Under the pieces are notes generated by a model. It worked only from the letters and a program-made list of their open reading frames with translations, was not told the DNA's origin and did no database searches. Below are positions 34,856 to 45,762 of a stretch of 64,000 nucleotides of DNA, in pieces; positions within the stretch are counted from its first letter, which is position 1, and each line of letters opens with the position of its first letter. The stretch comes from a virus. Location of the stretch: positions 104,243 to 168,242 of the IMG/VR virus record IMGVR_UViG_3300032246_001180; one strand, 5' to 3'. The position numbers were made by a program, and so were the translations under genes.

Positions 34856-35458
34856 ATGAAATATTTTGAAACGCTACCAAAAGTTGTTTATAATGATCCA
34901 GTATTAGGACAAAAATTACTAACGAATCTGATGGCTCGTGTTAGTATGATGCCACAAACTTTACAAAATCCCTTGGTTTTTTATCCATACGACATACAAG
35001 AAGGTGATACTCCTGAAATTATTGCTTATAAGTATTATGGAGATTCTTATAGATATTGGATGGTATTGTTTGCAAATCAAATAATGGATCCTCAATGGCA
35101 ATGGCCGGTAGACCAATTAACATTTGATAATTATTTGTCAAACAAATATCCTAACATAGATGTTAATACGACAATACATCATTATTTAAAAACTGTAACT
35201 TCGGTTGATAACACCAGTAGAACCTCAACTATTACTGAAACTATCATAGATTTAACTGCTTATAATAATTTAGCAAGAACCACAAGAACTTATACAATTT
35301 CAAATACTTCTACAGTTACAGTTACAACAGACAAATCAGCTGTTAATATTTACGATTATGAAATGAGTGTAAACGAAAACAATAGAAATATACGTTTGGT
35401 AAATGCGATATATGCGGACCAACTGGAAAAAGAATTTCAAACTTTGATGGCAATTTAA
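34856..35458 (+). CDS. gp53: baseplate wedge gp53
   Basis: YF..LP, Y.I.EG.TPE.IA...YG...YW...AN...DP..WP, YDYE...NE..R.I. Confidence 0.88.
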   Translation: MKYFETLPKVVYNDPVLGQKLLTNLMARVSMMPQTLQNPLVFYPYDIQEGDTPEIIAYKYYGDSYRYWMVLFANQIMDPQWQWPVDQLTFDNYLSNKYPNIDVNTTIHHYLKTVTSVDNTSRTSTITETIIDLTAYNNLARTTRTYTISNTSTVTVTTDKSAVNIYDYEMSVNENNRNIRLVNAIYADQLEKEFQTLMAI

Positions 35459-35461
35459 AAT

Positions 35462-36832
35462 ATGGCAACCGTTACTTCAGTTCCAGCAGAAACTAAGGGT
35501 ATAATACAACCTCAAGATTATGCTATAAAAACTCTAAATTTTTTGACCGCAAGTGGTCAAAGAACAGAGATAAAAAAACTCATGATATCTTTAGATTATT
35601 ATGAAGACATATATTCTTTTGTAACCTCGGGTTCTGTTACAATATTAGATGCTCAAGGATTTCCTGAACTGTTACAATTAACGGGAAATGAATTTATTGA
35701 AATTAATTTTGGTAAATATAAAGACGCACCAAACACAACAGACCAAATTTTTCGTGTATATAAAATGGGTGAAAGAAAACCTCACGGAAATTTAAATACG
35801 CAAACTTTTACCTTATATTTTTGTTCTGAAGAATTGTTGTTATCGGAACAAATAAAAATTAGTAAGTCATATACTGGTACTAAAGTAAAAGATATTATAT
35901 CCAATATATTAATTGAACATTTAAAAGTGAAACCTCAAAAAATAAACGTTTTAGAAGACACGTTGGGTGTTTATGATTTTTTGTTGCCAAGAATAAAACC
36001 ATTTGAAGGAATCAGTTGGGTATCAACTTATGCACGACCAGCAAAAACTGATTTAATTGGTGCTGATATGTTGTTTTTTGAAACAAAAGACGGATTCAAT
36101 TTTAGGTCTATACAGTCTATGGTTTCTGATAAACCTTATGGCACATACAAATATCAGTTACAGAATTTAGATAAAAAAAATGACAGTATAGCTGAAAAAA
36201 TGTCTAGCATTATGGAATATGAATTTACAAAAACATATGATGCTCTTGGAGAAATTGCTAAAGGAACTTTTGCTAGTAGATTATTGACAATCGATCCATT
36301 AACACGTTCTTATCAAACAACAGATTATGATTACAGTAAATTTCAAAAAGACGTTAAAAGTTTAAATGACAATCCGGCAATAAATGACATGACCAATAGA
36401 TTAGGTCAATCATTAACAAAAGCCGCAGAAGGTGTTTTTAAATTTATGACTTCAAATCCAAATCAATCTTCAGTAGGTTACATTAAAGAAAAACAAGCTG
36501 GAGTTGCTAAAGATATTTACGCTGAAACGTATGTATTGCAAAGAACCGCACAATTATCTTTAGCCAGTTATAATATTATTAAGTTGACAATTCCTGGTGA
36601 TTCTGGTATTACAGCAGGACGAACAATAGAATTAAACTTACCAACAATACAACCTACTGAGAAAAAAAGAGAGTTGGATAAATTCTATTCAGGTAAATAT
36701 TTAATAACGGCTGTAAGACATTCAATTACTGTGAATCAATTTACAACCATTTTAGAAATTGCAAAAGATAGTTCTCCAACTAAACCTGGTGATACTAATA
36801 AAACAGACTATAAATCAAGTGTAACTGCATAA
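35462..36832 (+). CDS. baseplate hub protein (gp27-like)
   Basis: YEDI, G.E.I, FFET..GFNF.S, PGD..AG, SGKYLITAVRH; lies between gp53 and gp5. Confidence 0.7.
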   Translation: MATVTSVPAETKGIIQPQDYAIKTLNFLTASGQRTEIKKLMISLDYYEDIYSFVTSGSVTILDAQGFPELLQLTGNEFIEINFGKYKDAPNTTDQIFRVYKMGERKPHGNLNTQTFTLYFCSEELLLSEQIKISKSYTGTKVKDIISNILIEHLKVKPQKINVLEDTLGVYDFLLPRIKPFEGISWVSTYARPAKTDLIGADMLFFETKDGFNFRSIQSMVSDKPYGTYKYQLQNLDKKNDSIAEKMSSIMEYEFTKTYDALGEIAKGTFASRLLTIDPLTRSYQTTDYDYSKFQKDVKSLNDNPAINDMTNRLGQSLTKAAEGVFKFMTSNPNQSSVGYIKEKQAGVAKDIYAETYVLQRTAQLSLASYNIIKLTIPGDSGITAGRTIELNLPTIQPTEKKRELDKFYSGKYLITAVRHSITVNQFTTILEIAKDSSPTKPGDTNKTDYKSSVTA

Positions 36833-38487
36833 TGGAAAACTTTTTAGGAAAAAATGGCTTTGTTTGGTGGACAGGTGTTGTTGAAGACAGACTGGATCCT
36901 TTAAATTTAGGTCGCTGTCGTGTTCGTATTTTTGGTTGGCACACTGCTGATAAAATGGCGATGCCTACTGCAACATTACCTTGGGCATTACCAAAGTTGC
37001 CTGTCAATAATTCTAAAACATTTACCACGCCAGCCGAAGGTGAGTGGGTAACAGGATTCTTTTTTGACGGTGAATCTGGACAATTTCCTGTTTATGATGG
37101 CGTTCTTCCTGGTATAGCTAAAGGCGCTACTAATCCACAAACAGGATTTGCAGACCCTAGAACAGATGCACAGTTAACAGCCAGTCCTGCTTTTCCAGCT
37201 AAAACTGTTATTCCTACTGATGGTTCAGGTGCAGAAACAAATAATCAACCAGCACCTAGAAATCCTATAGATGTGGGATTTCCAAGCACAAATAAATTAG
37301 CAATTAATGATACTACAAATCAAGCTTCACAAATAGTCAGTAGAGCTTTTGCTACTACACAAAATATTGCTGGACCTGAAGCTAAAACATTAGGTACAGC
37401 TATTGCTGGTGCGGCTCAAGGTGCAGCACAGGTGTTACAAGGTATTCAACCTGATTTAGAAAAATTAGTACCTAAAGCTTCTGAGTTGGCGAATAGTATT
37501 GAACCTTCAATGAATTCATTAACAAAATCATTGCAGTCAAGTGGCGGAGGAATACCGTCATTATCGGGATTATTAAGTGGTGCTGCGCCGTCATTAAACT
37601 CTGCGATAGGTAGTTTAGGTGGTCCTGAAGCGCAAGCAAAATTTCAAAAAGATTTAGCCACAGCACAAAAGAATATGGCATCGGCTGAAACTTCTGTAAG
37701 TGAACAAATAGCAAAAGCACAAAAAGCAGCGAGCGAAGCAGCTGAAAAAGCAAAAGCCGCTTTAGAAAAAGATTTACCTACATTACAAGCCGAATCTAAA
37801 AATATTGCTGGTTCAATATCGGACAAATTAAAAGAATTATCTGCTGGAAATGTATCAACAAAAACTCCGGTCATATTAAGTCCAGCAACAATAGGTAGTA
37901 TAACTGCAGCCACAACAAGTTTTGAAAGTGGTCTATATAAAAACACACCAGATGACAGATTAACATATAGTGGAATGGATTATATTATTTGGGACAGAAC
38001 CAATGCGGAGAGATTAAGAAGAAAACTTCCTAGTTTAACAGAAATTGGTTCTCCTAGACCACCAGAAGATGCACCAGCACAAGTACCTAAAGCAAACCTA
38101 GGTGCTGTTGCACCCGCACCATTGGTGGCAACTTTAGCACCAAACAAAATTCCAGACCAAGTACCTTTGGAAAAAACACCTAGTACACAAAAGAAATCAT
38201 TTGAAAATTCTTTAGATTTATTTGGTAAAATGGTTGAAGAAGATACTTCTACTTTGTTAGCACAATTACCATCTGTAACAAATCGAGCCACCTTGCTTGT
38301 ATTTTTTGAAAAACAAACTGCGCTTACTGCAAAATGGAATAGTATGGCCGATGAAATCCAAAGCGCACTCACAGGCGATGATAAACAAAAAGCTTTCACT
38401 TCAACATATTCCACAAAAAATAAGGCAATAAGGAATATAAAAAAGGCAACTGATGCAAGAATTGAAGTATTAAATGCACAAGGATAA
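36832..38487 (+). CDS. gp5: gp5 N-terminal OB-fold protein with long low-complexity extension
   Basis: WW.GVVEDR.DPL.LGR.RVRI.G.H, LPWA, G.WV.GFF.DG...Q.P. Confidence 0.85.
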   Translation: MENFLGKNGFVWWTGVVEDRLDPLNLGRCRVRIFGWHTADKMAMPTATLPWALPKLPVNNSKTFTTPAEGEWVTGFFFDGESGQFPVYDGVLPGIAKGATNPQTGFADPRTDAQLTASPAFPAKTVIPTDGSGAETNNQPAPRNPIDVGFPSTNKLAINDTTNQASQIVSRAFATTQNIAGPEAKTLGTAIAGAAQGAAQVLQGIQPDLEKLVPKASELANSIEPSMNSLTKSLQSSGGGIPSLSGLLSGAAPSLNSAIGSLGGPEAQAKFQKDLATAQKNMASAETSVSEQIAKAQKAASEAAEKAKAALEKDLPTLQAESKNIAGSISDKLKELSAGNVSTKTPVILSPATIGSITAATTSFESGLYKNTPDDRLTYSGMDYIIWDRTNAERLRRKLPSLTEIGSPRPPEDAPAQVPKANLGAVAPAPLVATLAPNKIPDQVPLEKTPSTQKKSFENSLDLFGKMVEEDTSTLLAQLPSVTNRATLLVFFEKQTALTAKWNSMADEIQSALTGDDKQKAFTSTYSTKNKAIRNIKKATDARIEVLNAQG

Positions 38488-38490
38488 AAT

Positions 38491-39345
38491 ATGCCATCAG
38501 AATTAGAACAAGCACTCAGTCAGTCCAATAAACAGTTGGCGGCTTTAACTGAAATTGTAGACAATAGAAAAAAATACGACCAAAAAGGCGACCAGCTTGA
38601 GGCAGTAATTTACCCAAATAATGAATCAAGTGAACCTGTAACATCATACGATTCAAAATATCCGTATAACCACTCAACAATAACTGAATCTGGTCATACC
38701 TTTGAATTGGACGACACTCCTGGTGCTGAAAGAGTGTCTTTATCTCACAGAACAGGCACTTTCTTTGAAGTTCATCCAGATGGATCCAAAGTAGAAAAGA
38801 TTATGAATGATAATATGACAGTTATTGTTAAAAATAACGAAATCTATATTATGGGTGATGAAAAAAGGTCTACACAAGGTAATTTGAAAGTCTTCATCAA
38901 AGGAAATGCTAAATTAGAAGTAGGTGGTGATGTAGAACTTCAGGTGAATGGTAATATGACTATGAAAGTTGAAGGAATGTATACTGCAATGGCAGAATCA
39001 TTCAATTTTGTTGGTCCTATTAACCACGTTGGTGATATTAACTGTACAGGTAATATTATAAATCAAGGAAACATTTCATCCGCTAAGAATATTCAAGCGG
39101 AATTAGATTTTGTTGGCCACCAAGATTTATTGTTGGATAGAGATGCATCTATTGGTAGAGATGCAACGATTACCCGTGATGAATTTATTGGAAGAAACAT
39201 TACATCCGGTACAAATGGTTCTGCAACCATGTCAGTTAATGGTTCTGCATCGTTTACTGGCGATGTAGTAGCAAATGGTATCAGTTTAGATAATCATACG
39301 CATCCTGATGCACAAGGCGGTAACACAGGACCGCCAAATGTTTAA
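38491..39345 (+). CDS. gp5 C-terminal beta-helix spike protein
   Basis: YPYNH...TESGH..E.DDTPG.ER....HR.GTF.E..PDG, beta-helix repeats, terminal ISL.NHTH. Confidence 0.85.
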   Translation: MPSELEQALSQSNKQLAALTEIVDNRKKYDQKGDQLEAVIYPNNESSEPVTSYDSKYPYNHSTITESGHTFELDDTPGAERVSLSHRTGTFFEVHPDGSKVEKIMNDNMTVIVKNNEIYIMGDEKRSTQGNLKVFIKGNAKLEVGGDVELQVNGNMTMKVEGMYTAMAESFNFVGPINHVGDINCTGNIINQGNISSAKNIQAELDFVGHQDLLLDRDASIGRDATITRDEFIGRNITSGTNGSATMSVNGSASFTGDVVANGISLDNHTHPDAQGGNTGPPNV

Positions 39346-40135
39346 TTCCAAAAATTCGAATTTTTCTGTTCCGGCTCAAGATTTTTTTCCGACAGCTTCA
39401 GGAGCTGGAAAAGCGATTTTAGTCCACGCAAAAGAAGATAGTGATGAAAGAATTTCATGTGAAGTTGACATATTAGATGCAAGAGAATTATTAAATACAT
39501 CACTAGACACCAATGGTTTTGTTTTATGTAACAATGAAACAAAGGTTAACAATTTTTTTGATCCACAAGAAATTTGCAACATTTATTATCCAGAAATTGT
39601 CAATTTATTAAAGAAACAAACTGGAGCTAAAAAAGTTTTTATATTTAATCATACGTTTCGTTCTGGTGACGAATTAGAAAGAATTACATTAAAAAATATG
39701 CGTCAAGCAGCTTTACCGCCAGCAAAAATGGTACATAATGATTATACTGATTGGTCTGGACCACAAGAACTTAAAATAAGACTTTCTGAAGAAACAAAAG
39801 AACGATTTGCAATTATACATACATGGCAACCAATAAAACCTGTATTATCTGATCCGTTAGCCATAGTAGATGCAAAAAGTGTGAATGAAAGTGATTTAAT
39901 TGTCAAAACAATAGATTCTGGAAGTAGAATCAATCAAACTTACCATATGAAACATAATTCCACACATAAATGGTATTATTATCCTAATATGCAACCAAAT
40001 GAAGTGTTATTTTTTAAAGGTTATGACTCCGAAAAAGACGGTAGAACAAGATTTACACCACACGCATCATTCAGTATGGGAAACGATACACCTTCAAGAC
40101 AAAGTATTGAATTAAGAACATTTGTTTTCTTCTAA
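39338..40135 (+). CDS. CmcJ/NvfI-family oxidoreductase
   Basis: LD.NGF, YYPE, TGA..V.IF.HT.R, VH.DYT, W.PI, PLA..DA, WYY.P.M, F.GYDS, TPH.SF, R.SIE.R. Confidence 0.8.
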   Translation: MFNSKNSNFSVPAQDFFPTASGAGKAILVHAKEDSDERISCEVDILDARELLNTSLDTNGFVLCNNETKVNNFFDPQEICNIYYPEIVNLLKKQTGAKKVFIFNHTFRSGDELERITLKNMRQAALPPAKMVHNDYTDWSGPQELKIRLSEETKERFAIIHTWQPIKPVLSDPLAIVDAKSVNESDLIVKTIDSGSRINQTYHMKHNSTHKWYYYPNMQPNEVLFFKGYDSEKDGRTRFTPHASFSMGNDTPSRQSIELRTFVFF

Positions 40136-40156
40136 TTTAAGCGTAATAAATAAAGA

Positions 40157-40552
40157 ATGGCAACCAAACAACTAAACATATATTCCGATATAGATTTCAC
40201 TTTCACCAAGAAACCGGTGACGGGTGATGTGGCTTTATCTTACAACGACAACGCTGTGATTAGGTCAATAAGAAATTTGTTGTTGACGAATGAGTTTGAA
40301 AGACCATTTAATCCATCATTAGGTTCTAATATCAATGCGTTATTGTTTGAACCCGATTCACCATTTACGGCCAGTTCTTTAGAATCTGAAATAACGAACA
40401 CGATAAAGAATTATGAACCAAGAGCTAATTTAGTTGATGTAACGGTGGTTCCTATGCCGGATAATAATGCATATAATGTGCAAGTAACCTTCTACATAGA
40501 AAATGCCACATTACCAACCGTTGTAACACTTCTTTTAGAGAGAAACAGATAA
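40157..40552 (+). CDS. gp25: baseplate wedge gp25
   Basis: YSD.D..F, SIRNL.LT...ERPF.P..G, I.NYEPR. Confidence 0.9.
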   Translation: MATKQLNIYSDIDFTFTKKPVTGDVALSYNDNAVIRSIRNLLLTNEFERPFNPSLGSNINALLFEPDSPFTASSLESEITNTIKNYEPRANLVDVTVVPMPDNNAYNVQVTFYIENATLPTVVTLLLERNR

Positions 40553-40553
40553 A

Positions 40554-42635
40554 ATGGCAGGAGCTAACTCAAACATTCAAATGACCGACTTAGATTTTAA
40601 TGATATAAAATCAAGTCTTAAATTATTCCTACAATCACAAGATACTTTAAAAGATTACAACTATGAAGGTTCGGCTCTTTCAAATCTTTTAGATATTCTT
40701 GCATACAACACTCAATACAATGCATACTATCTAAACATGGTTGCTAATGAGATGTTTTTAGATTCTGCATTGCAGAGAGGTTCTGTTGTTTCTCATGCCA
40801 AACTATTAGATTATGTTCCAAAATCTGCGATTGCACCAACAGCACAAATTCAATTAAAAGTTAATCAAGTTACCGATTCATCATTAACTTTACCAAAATT
40901 TACAAGATTTATTTCTGAAGCAATTGACGGAGTAAACTATAGTTTTGTTACTACAGACACCAATACTGTAAACACAGTAAATAATGTGGCGACTTATGAT
41001 AATTTACATATCAAACAAGGAACACCTGAAACATTAACATTCATGGTTGATTCTATTGCTAATCCAAAATATGTATTTGAAATACCAGATTCGGGCGTTG
41101 ACACAACAACCATTTCGGTTACTGTGCAACAATCAACCTCAAACACATACTCAGATTCTTATAGTGTTGCAAGTAATTTCTTAATTTTAAATCCAGATTC
41201 TAAAGTATTCTTTTTACAAGAAAATATCAAAGGTAACTATGAAGTATACTTTGGTGATGGAATTTTAGGTAAAAAACTAAATGATGGTAATGTGGTTATT
41301 GTAACTTATATTCTGACTAAAGGTACAGCAGGAGCATCTGCGAACGCTTTTGTATTAGTAGATTCAATCGGTGGATACGCTAACACCACCATCAACCCTC
41401 TAGTTGGTGCTACTACAGGCGGTAACAGAGAATCAATTGAGTCTATTAAATTTCAAGCACCTAAGTCTTATGCATCACAAGGTCGTGCAGTTTCTAAGAA
41501 CGATTATATTACTTTGATTCAACAAAATAAATTAGGTTATTCTTTTGATGCTGTTAATGTTTGGGGTGGAGAAGAAAACTTGCCGCCTGTTTATGGCCAA
41601 GTATTTGTATGTTTAAAACCAACAGGCGCTTACGCTTTAACGGACACACAAAAACAAGATATCATTACAGAAGTAATTAAACCTATTTCTGTTGTAACAG
41701 TTTCTCCAACAATTGTTGATCCAGATTATACATACATTCAAGTTAATGCTAATGTTGTTTATAATCCAACAAAAACAAATCTTAGTTCTAGCCAACTTAA
41801 TTCAGCAGTTGCCTCAGCAATCCAATCTTTTAGTGATAGAACTTTAAATACTTTTAATGCTACTTTTTTAGGCAGTCAATTAACGTCTGCAATACAATCA
41901 GTTGATGGTTCTATTTTGACAAGCGAATTAAATATTCAACTGCAAAAGAAATTTTATCCAAGTTTAACTGTATCAAAAACATATACTTTAAACTTTAACA
42001 CACCGTTGAAAAAAGGTGTATTATTGTCTGGCATCAGTAGTTCTCCTGGTATTCAACAAAGAAACCCAACAACTCTATCACAAATTATTGATGGAATTTA
42101 TTTTGAAGAGGTGCCTAGTTCTACAGGCGGAATTTCTTCTGTTTCAATTATCAATCCTGGTTTTTCTTATACATATGCACCGACCGTAAGCATATATGGT
42201 GATGGAACAGGTGCAACGGCTGAAGCCATTATTAATACAACCGGCCGAATAACCAAAATTAATGTTACAAATGCTGGTACAGGTTATACTAGTGCGGTTG
42301 TGGTAATCACACCAAGCGCATATGATACAACCGGTCTTAATGGTGCAGCAACTGCTGTTCTAGAAGGTCAATTCGGCACACTTAGAAGTTTCTATTATAA
42401 TTCTAATAACGTCAAAACAATTTTCAATAGTAACATAGGTAGTGTGGATTATGTAAATGGTATTATTACTTTGACAGATTTTAATCCATATCAGATAGAT
42501 AATCCATTAGGTCAATTAACAATATCTGTTGTACCAAACTCAACAATAGTTAGTTCTTCATACAATAAAATTATAACTGTAGACCCTTACGATGCAAATT
42601 CTATTACAGTTAATATGATATCTAAAACACAATGA
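40554..42635 (+). CDS. gp6: baseplate wedge gp6
   Basis: LDF..IK, DYN.EGS, LAYNT.Y, FGDG..G, ES..SIK..AP, RAV...DY, WGGE. Confidence 0.92.
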   Translation: MAGANSNIQMTDLDFNDIKSSLKLFLQSQDTLKDYNYEGSALSNLLDILAYNTQYNAYYLNMVANEMFLDSALQRGSVVSHAKLLDYVPKSAIAPTAQIQLKVNQVTDSSLTLPKFTRFISEAIDGVNYSFVTTDTNTVNTVNNVATYDNLHIKQGTPETLTFMVDSIANPKYVFEIPDSGVDTTTISVTVQQSTSNTYSDSYSVASNFLILNPDSKVFFLQENIKGNYEVYFGDGILGKKLNDGNVVIVTYILTKGTAGASANAFVLVDSIGGYANTTINPLVGATTGGNRESIESIKFQAPKSYASQGRAVSKNDYITLIQQNKLGYSFDAVNVWGGEENLPPVYGQVFVCLKPTGAYALTDTQKQDIITEVIKPISVVTVSPTIVDPDYTYIQVNANVVYNPTKTNLSSSQLNSAVASAIQSFSDRTLNTFNATFLGSQLTSAIQSVDGSILTSELNIQLQKKFYPSLTVSKTYTLNFNTPLKKGVLLSGISSSPGIQQRNPTTLSQIIDGIYFEEVPSSTGGISSVSIINPGFSYTYAPTVSIYGDGTGATAEAIINTTGRITKINVTNAGTGYTSAVVVITPSAYDTTGLNGAATAVLEGQFGTLRSFYYNSNNVKTIFNSNIGSVDYVNGIITLTDFNPYQIDNPLGQLTISVVPNSTIVSSSYNKIITVDPYDANSITVNMISKTQ

Positions 42636-45600
42636 TACCTAACGACCAAAGAACCTCTTTATTAATCCCATCACAACTTCCTGGATTTATTCGGGATGAA
42701 GCTGATTCTGGTGGTGCATATGAAAATTTTGTTCACTTCATTCAAGCTTACTATGAATGGATGGAAGAAAATGGGAATGTAATTGATAGAACTAAAAATA
42801 TTTCACAGTATACGGATATTGATGCCACAACAAGTGAATTTATAGATTATTTCTTAAATGATTTTCTTGCTTATTTTCCTAAAGATTCTTTAACAAATAA
42901 ACAGCAAGCAATTAAAGTTGCTCGCCAACTATATCAATCAAAAGGTACAATTTCATCGTATCAACTTCTTTTTAGAATGTTGTTCAATTCAGATTTTGAT
43001 ATTTTTTATACAAAAGATGCGGTACTTAAAGCATCATCAGGTATTTGGTACGTTCCAAAAAGTTTGAAACTTTCTACAAATGATACCAGATTCTTAGACA
43101 TTAAAAATCTTAGAATTTTGGGTGAAACCTCAAAGTCAATTGCAACAATTGAAAATTCAATTTATGCAAGAAATAAAACAGAAGTTTTTATCTCCAACAT
43201 TGAACGACTATTCAATTCAGGAGAATTTGTTCGTATTGTAGATTCAAATAATCAAGATGTTATTATTAACGGAACAAATCTTAGAGCAAAAATTGTAGGA
43301 CAAATTAGCCAAATTAACGTAGCTAAAGATATTTTAGGTAATGCTTTGCGAGGTTCAAACTATGGCACAGGCGATCCTGTTGTAGTTTATGGTGGTTTGA
43401 ATACTGAAATTACTAATCCAGTCGGTGCTCAAGCTGTAGTTGGTCAAACAACATCTGGTTCTATTCAAAGCATCACAGTAACATCAGGTGGATTTGGTTA
43501 CAGATTAAGTCCAAATACTGTTATAAATTTTGGTGGACTAGATGCTTCTGCACAAATTCCAACTGCGGTTGTAGCATCTATTGATCCATCAGCATCCAAC
43601 TCTGCAAATGTAACCTACTTACCACAAGAAATTATTAGTTACAAATCATCTGTTGTAATAGGCAATTCAAATTACTTTTTTGCAAATGGTTATACATTAA
43701 ACGTCAATACAAGTTTGTATTCGGTTAATGCCAACACATTTAAAATTAGTGAAACTCTTTACCAAGGTCCTAGTGGCAATCCAACCTTTTCTGGCGTGGT
43801 ATCGAGATGGGATTCATCCAATGGTATTATTAAATTTAGTTCTGCGAGTGGTACTCCTACTAGAAACGCAAATGTAATTAGTAGTTCAACATCCAATGTA
43901 GCAAACGTTAGAAGTTATTATACATCAAACGCAAACACAGCTATAGTTGAAGCTTTAACTTTTATATCTTTTGAAACTTTTCCAATATCATCTGTTTTGG
44001 TCAACAGTCAAGGCGGCGGCATTAGAACACAACCAACCGTTGTAGCCGACACACTTTATCCTTCCGACATATATGATGCAACTAAAACTGGAAATTTAAG
44101 AAACATAGGTATCTTAGGTCCTATTCAAATCAATAATGGTGGAGTGGGTTACAGAGCAAATGATAGAATTGTTTTTTCTGGAGGTTCAGGTTATGGAGCA
44201 TTTGCAAACGTAACTAATGTAAGTTCTACCGGTGCAATTACAGAAATAAAATATGTTCAAAACAACAGTTCAATTTATCCATTAGGTGGTCAAGGTTTTA
44301 ATTATGCTCTACCAACAATAACAGTTAACTCATCTAATACTGCGGCTTATAATGCATCGTTGTCTGTAACATCTACTTTAGGCGATGGAGCTGTATTTGA
44401 TACTACTTTAGATAGAGTTGGAACTGTAACATCAATTGTTGTTACCGAACCAGGAGAAGATTATATTGGTGCACCAACAATTTCATTAAAAGTTATTGAT
44501 TTATTGGTACAAGGCGCAGATGTTTTGAATTTACCAAATAAAACTATGAAGGTGTATCAGGGTACTGATATTAACACCGCATCTTTTTATGCTAACGTAG
44601 ATTCTATTGCAGCGATTACTTCTACAACTAATATAAATCCAGCACTAACAGATTACTTGTTGAGAATTTATAATTATCAATCATTACCTTCTACTTCACA
44701 AGTATTGAAGTTTACTAATTCAAATATTCAATTAACAATCGACCCACAAACAGTTTCGGCTAATGCTTTCTATACAGGAAGTCCATCATTTCAAGATGGC
44801 ATTAGAATATACGGTGATGGAAATGCAAAAGCTGATGCATCTTTCTTAAACGGTCTTGTTATTGGCCAAGGACAATACTTAAACTCACAAGGACAACCAA
44901 GTTCTTATGATATATTACAAAGTCAAAATTTCAATAACTTTACCTATCAAATCACGGTAGAAAAAGAGATATCAAAATATAGAGAAGCTTTATTAAATCT
45001 ACTTCATCCTACAGGAATGAAAGTCATTGGCCGTTTCAAACTGGTTTCAGAAGGAGATAATAATAATACTCTACATTCAGTTGTATTTAATAAAGCTAGA
45101 ACTTTATATTACTATACTAATGATAACAGTTCTAATGCTGTTATGAGAACAGACTTTTCAAACACAAGTACAAATACAGTTATTTTCTATAATATTGGTG
45201 TTGGAACAAATATTGCTAATATTATTTTTGCAAACAGTTCTATCTTCTTAGGTCCAACCAATGGTCCAGACGTATATTCTAAAGTCAAAACGGTTGATTA
45301 TGCAAACAACAAAATTGTTTTAACAGAAGATATTTTCTTAACCTATTCTAACGTTGCTCATGCAACCGGATCCATTGGTTCAAGCACTATAAATATAACG
45401 TCCATATATACCGATAGATACAACATCGTTAATAATGGAGTGTACAGTAATACCGCATACCCGTTGAAGGATATTATATTTGCTGGTGACCAGATTTTAG
45501 TTGCAAACAATACTGCCAAAACAGTACAGAGTATCAATTATGTAACAGGAACAATAACATTAACTACAAACCTGACAGCAAATACGAATTCAAATGTGGC

Positions 45601-45754
45601 GGTCAGTAGAACATTTTCTGCTGGTGGAACTGTATCAAATAAACAACAAGTTAAGATTTATGGTACTGTAGGAACTCAATACTATCCAGAACTTGTAACC
45701 GAAAATGGCGATTCATTAATAACAGAAGATGGCGACTTAATTCTTTTAGACTAG
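42632..45754 (+). CDS. baseplate wedge initiator gp7-like
   Basis: F..F..AYYEWME, Y.SKGT..S...LFR.LF, LLHP.G. Confidence 0.7.
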   Translation: MIPNDQRTSLLIPSQLPGFIRDEADSGGAYENFVHFIQAYYEWMEENGNVIDRTKNISQYTDIDATTSEFIDYFLNDFLAYFPKDSLTNKQQAIKVARQLYQSKGTISSYQLLFRMLFNSDFDIFYTKDAVLKASSGIWYVPKSLKLSTNDTRFLDIKNLRILGETSKSIATIENSIYARNKTEVFISNIERLFNSGEFVRIVDSNNQDVIINGTNLRAKIVGQISQINVAKDILGNALRGSNYGTGDPVVVYGGLNTEITNPVGAQAVVGQTTSGSIQSITVTSGGFGYRLSPNTVINFGGLDASAQIPTAVVASIDPSASNSANVTYLPQEIISYKSSVVIGNSNYFFANGYTLNVNTSLYSVNANTFKISETLYQGPSGNPTFSGVVSRWDSSNGIIKFSSASGTPTRNANVISSSTSNVANVRSYYTSNANTAIVEALTFISFETFPISSVLVNSQGGGIRTQPTVVADTLYPSDIYDATKTGNLRNIGILGPIQINNGGVGYRANDRIVFSGGSGYGAFANVTNVSSTGAITEIKYVQNNSSIYPLGGQGFNYALPTITVNSSNTAAYNASLSVTSTLGDGAVFDTTLDRVGTVTSIVVTEPGEDYIGAPTISLKVIDLLVQGADVLNLPNKTMKVYQGTDINTASFYANVDSIAAITSTTNINPALTDYLLRIYNYQSLPSTSQVLKFTNSNIQLTIDPQTVSANAFYTGSPSFQDGIRIYGDGNAKADASFLNGLVIGQGQYLNSQGQPSSYDILQSQNFNNFTYQITVEKEISKYREALLNLLHPTGMKVIGRFKLVSEGDNNNTLHSVVFNKARTLYYYTNDNSSNAVMRTDFSNTSTNTVIFYNIGVGTNIANIIFANSSIFLGPTNGPDVYSKVKTVDYANNKIVLTEDIFLTYSNVAHATGSIGSSTINITSIYTDRYNIVNNGVYSNTAYPLKDIIFAGDQILVANNTAKTVQSINYVTGTITLTTNLTANTNSNVAVSRTFSAGGTVSNKQQVKIYGTVGTQYYPELVTENGDSLITEDGDLILLD

Positions 45755-45762
45755 GGTAATAA

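Noticed and set aside
28948-38493. Repeated in-frame TAA AAT ATG junctions (28956-28948, 35456-35464, 38485-38493) as read-through or recoding
   Set aside because: Other late junctions use TAA A ATG or TAA AA ATG out of frame, so this looks like A-rich translational coupling. All three stop codons terminate recognisable genes normally.
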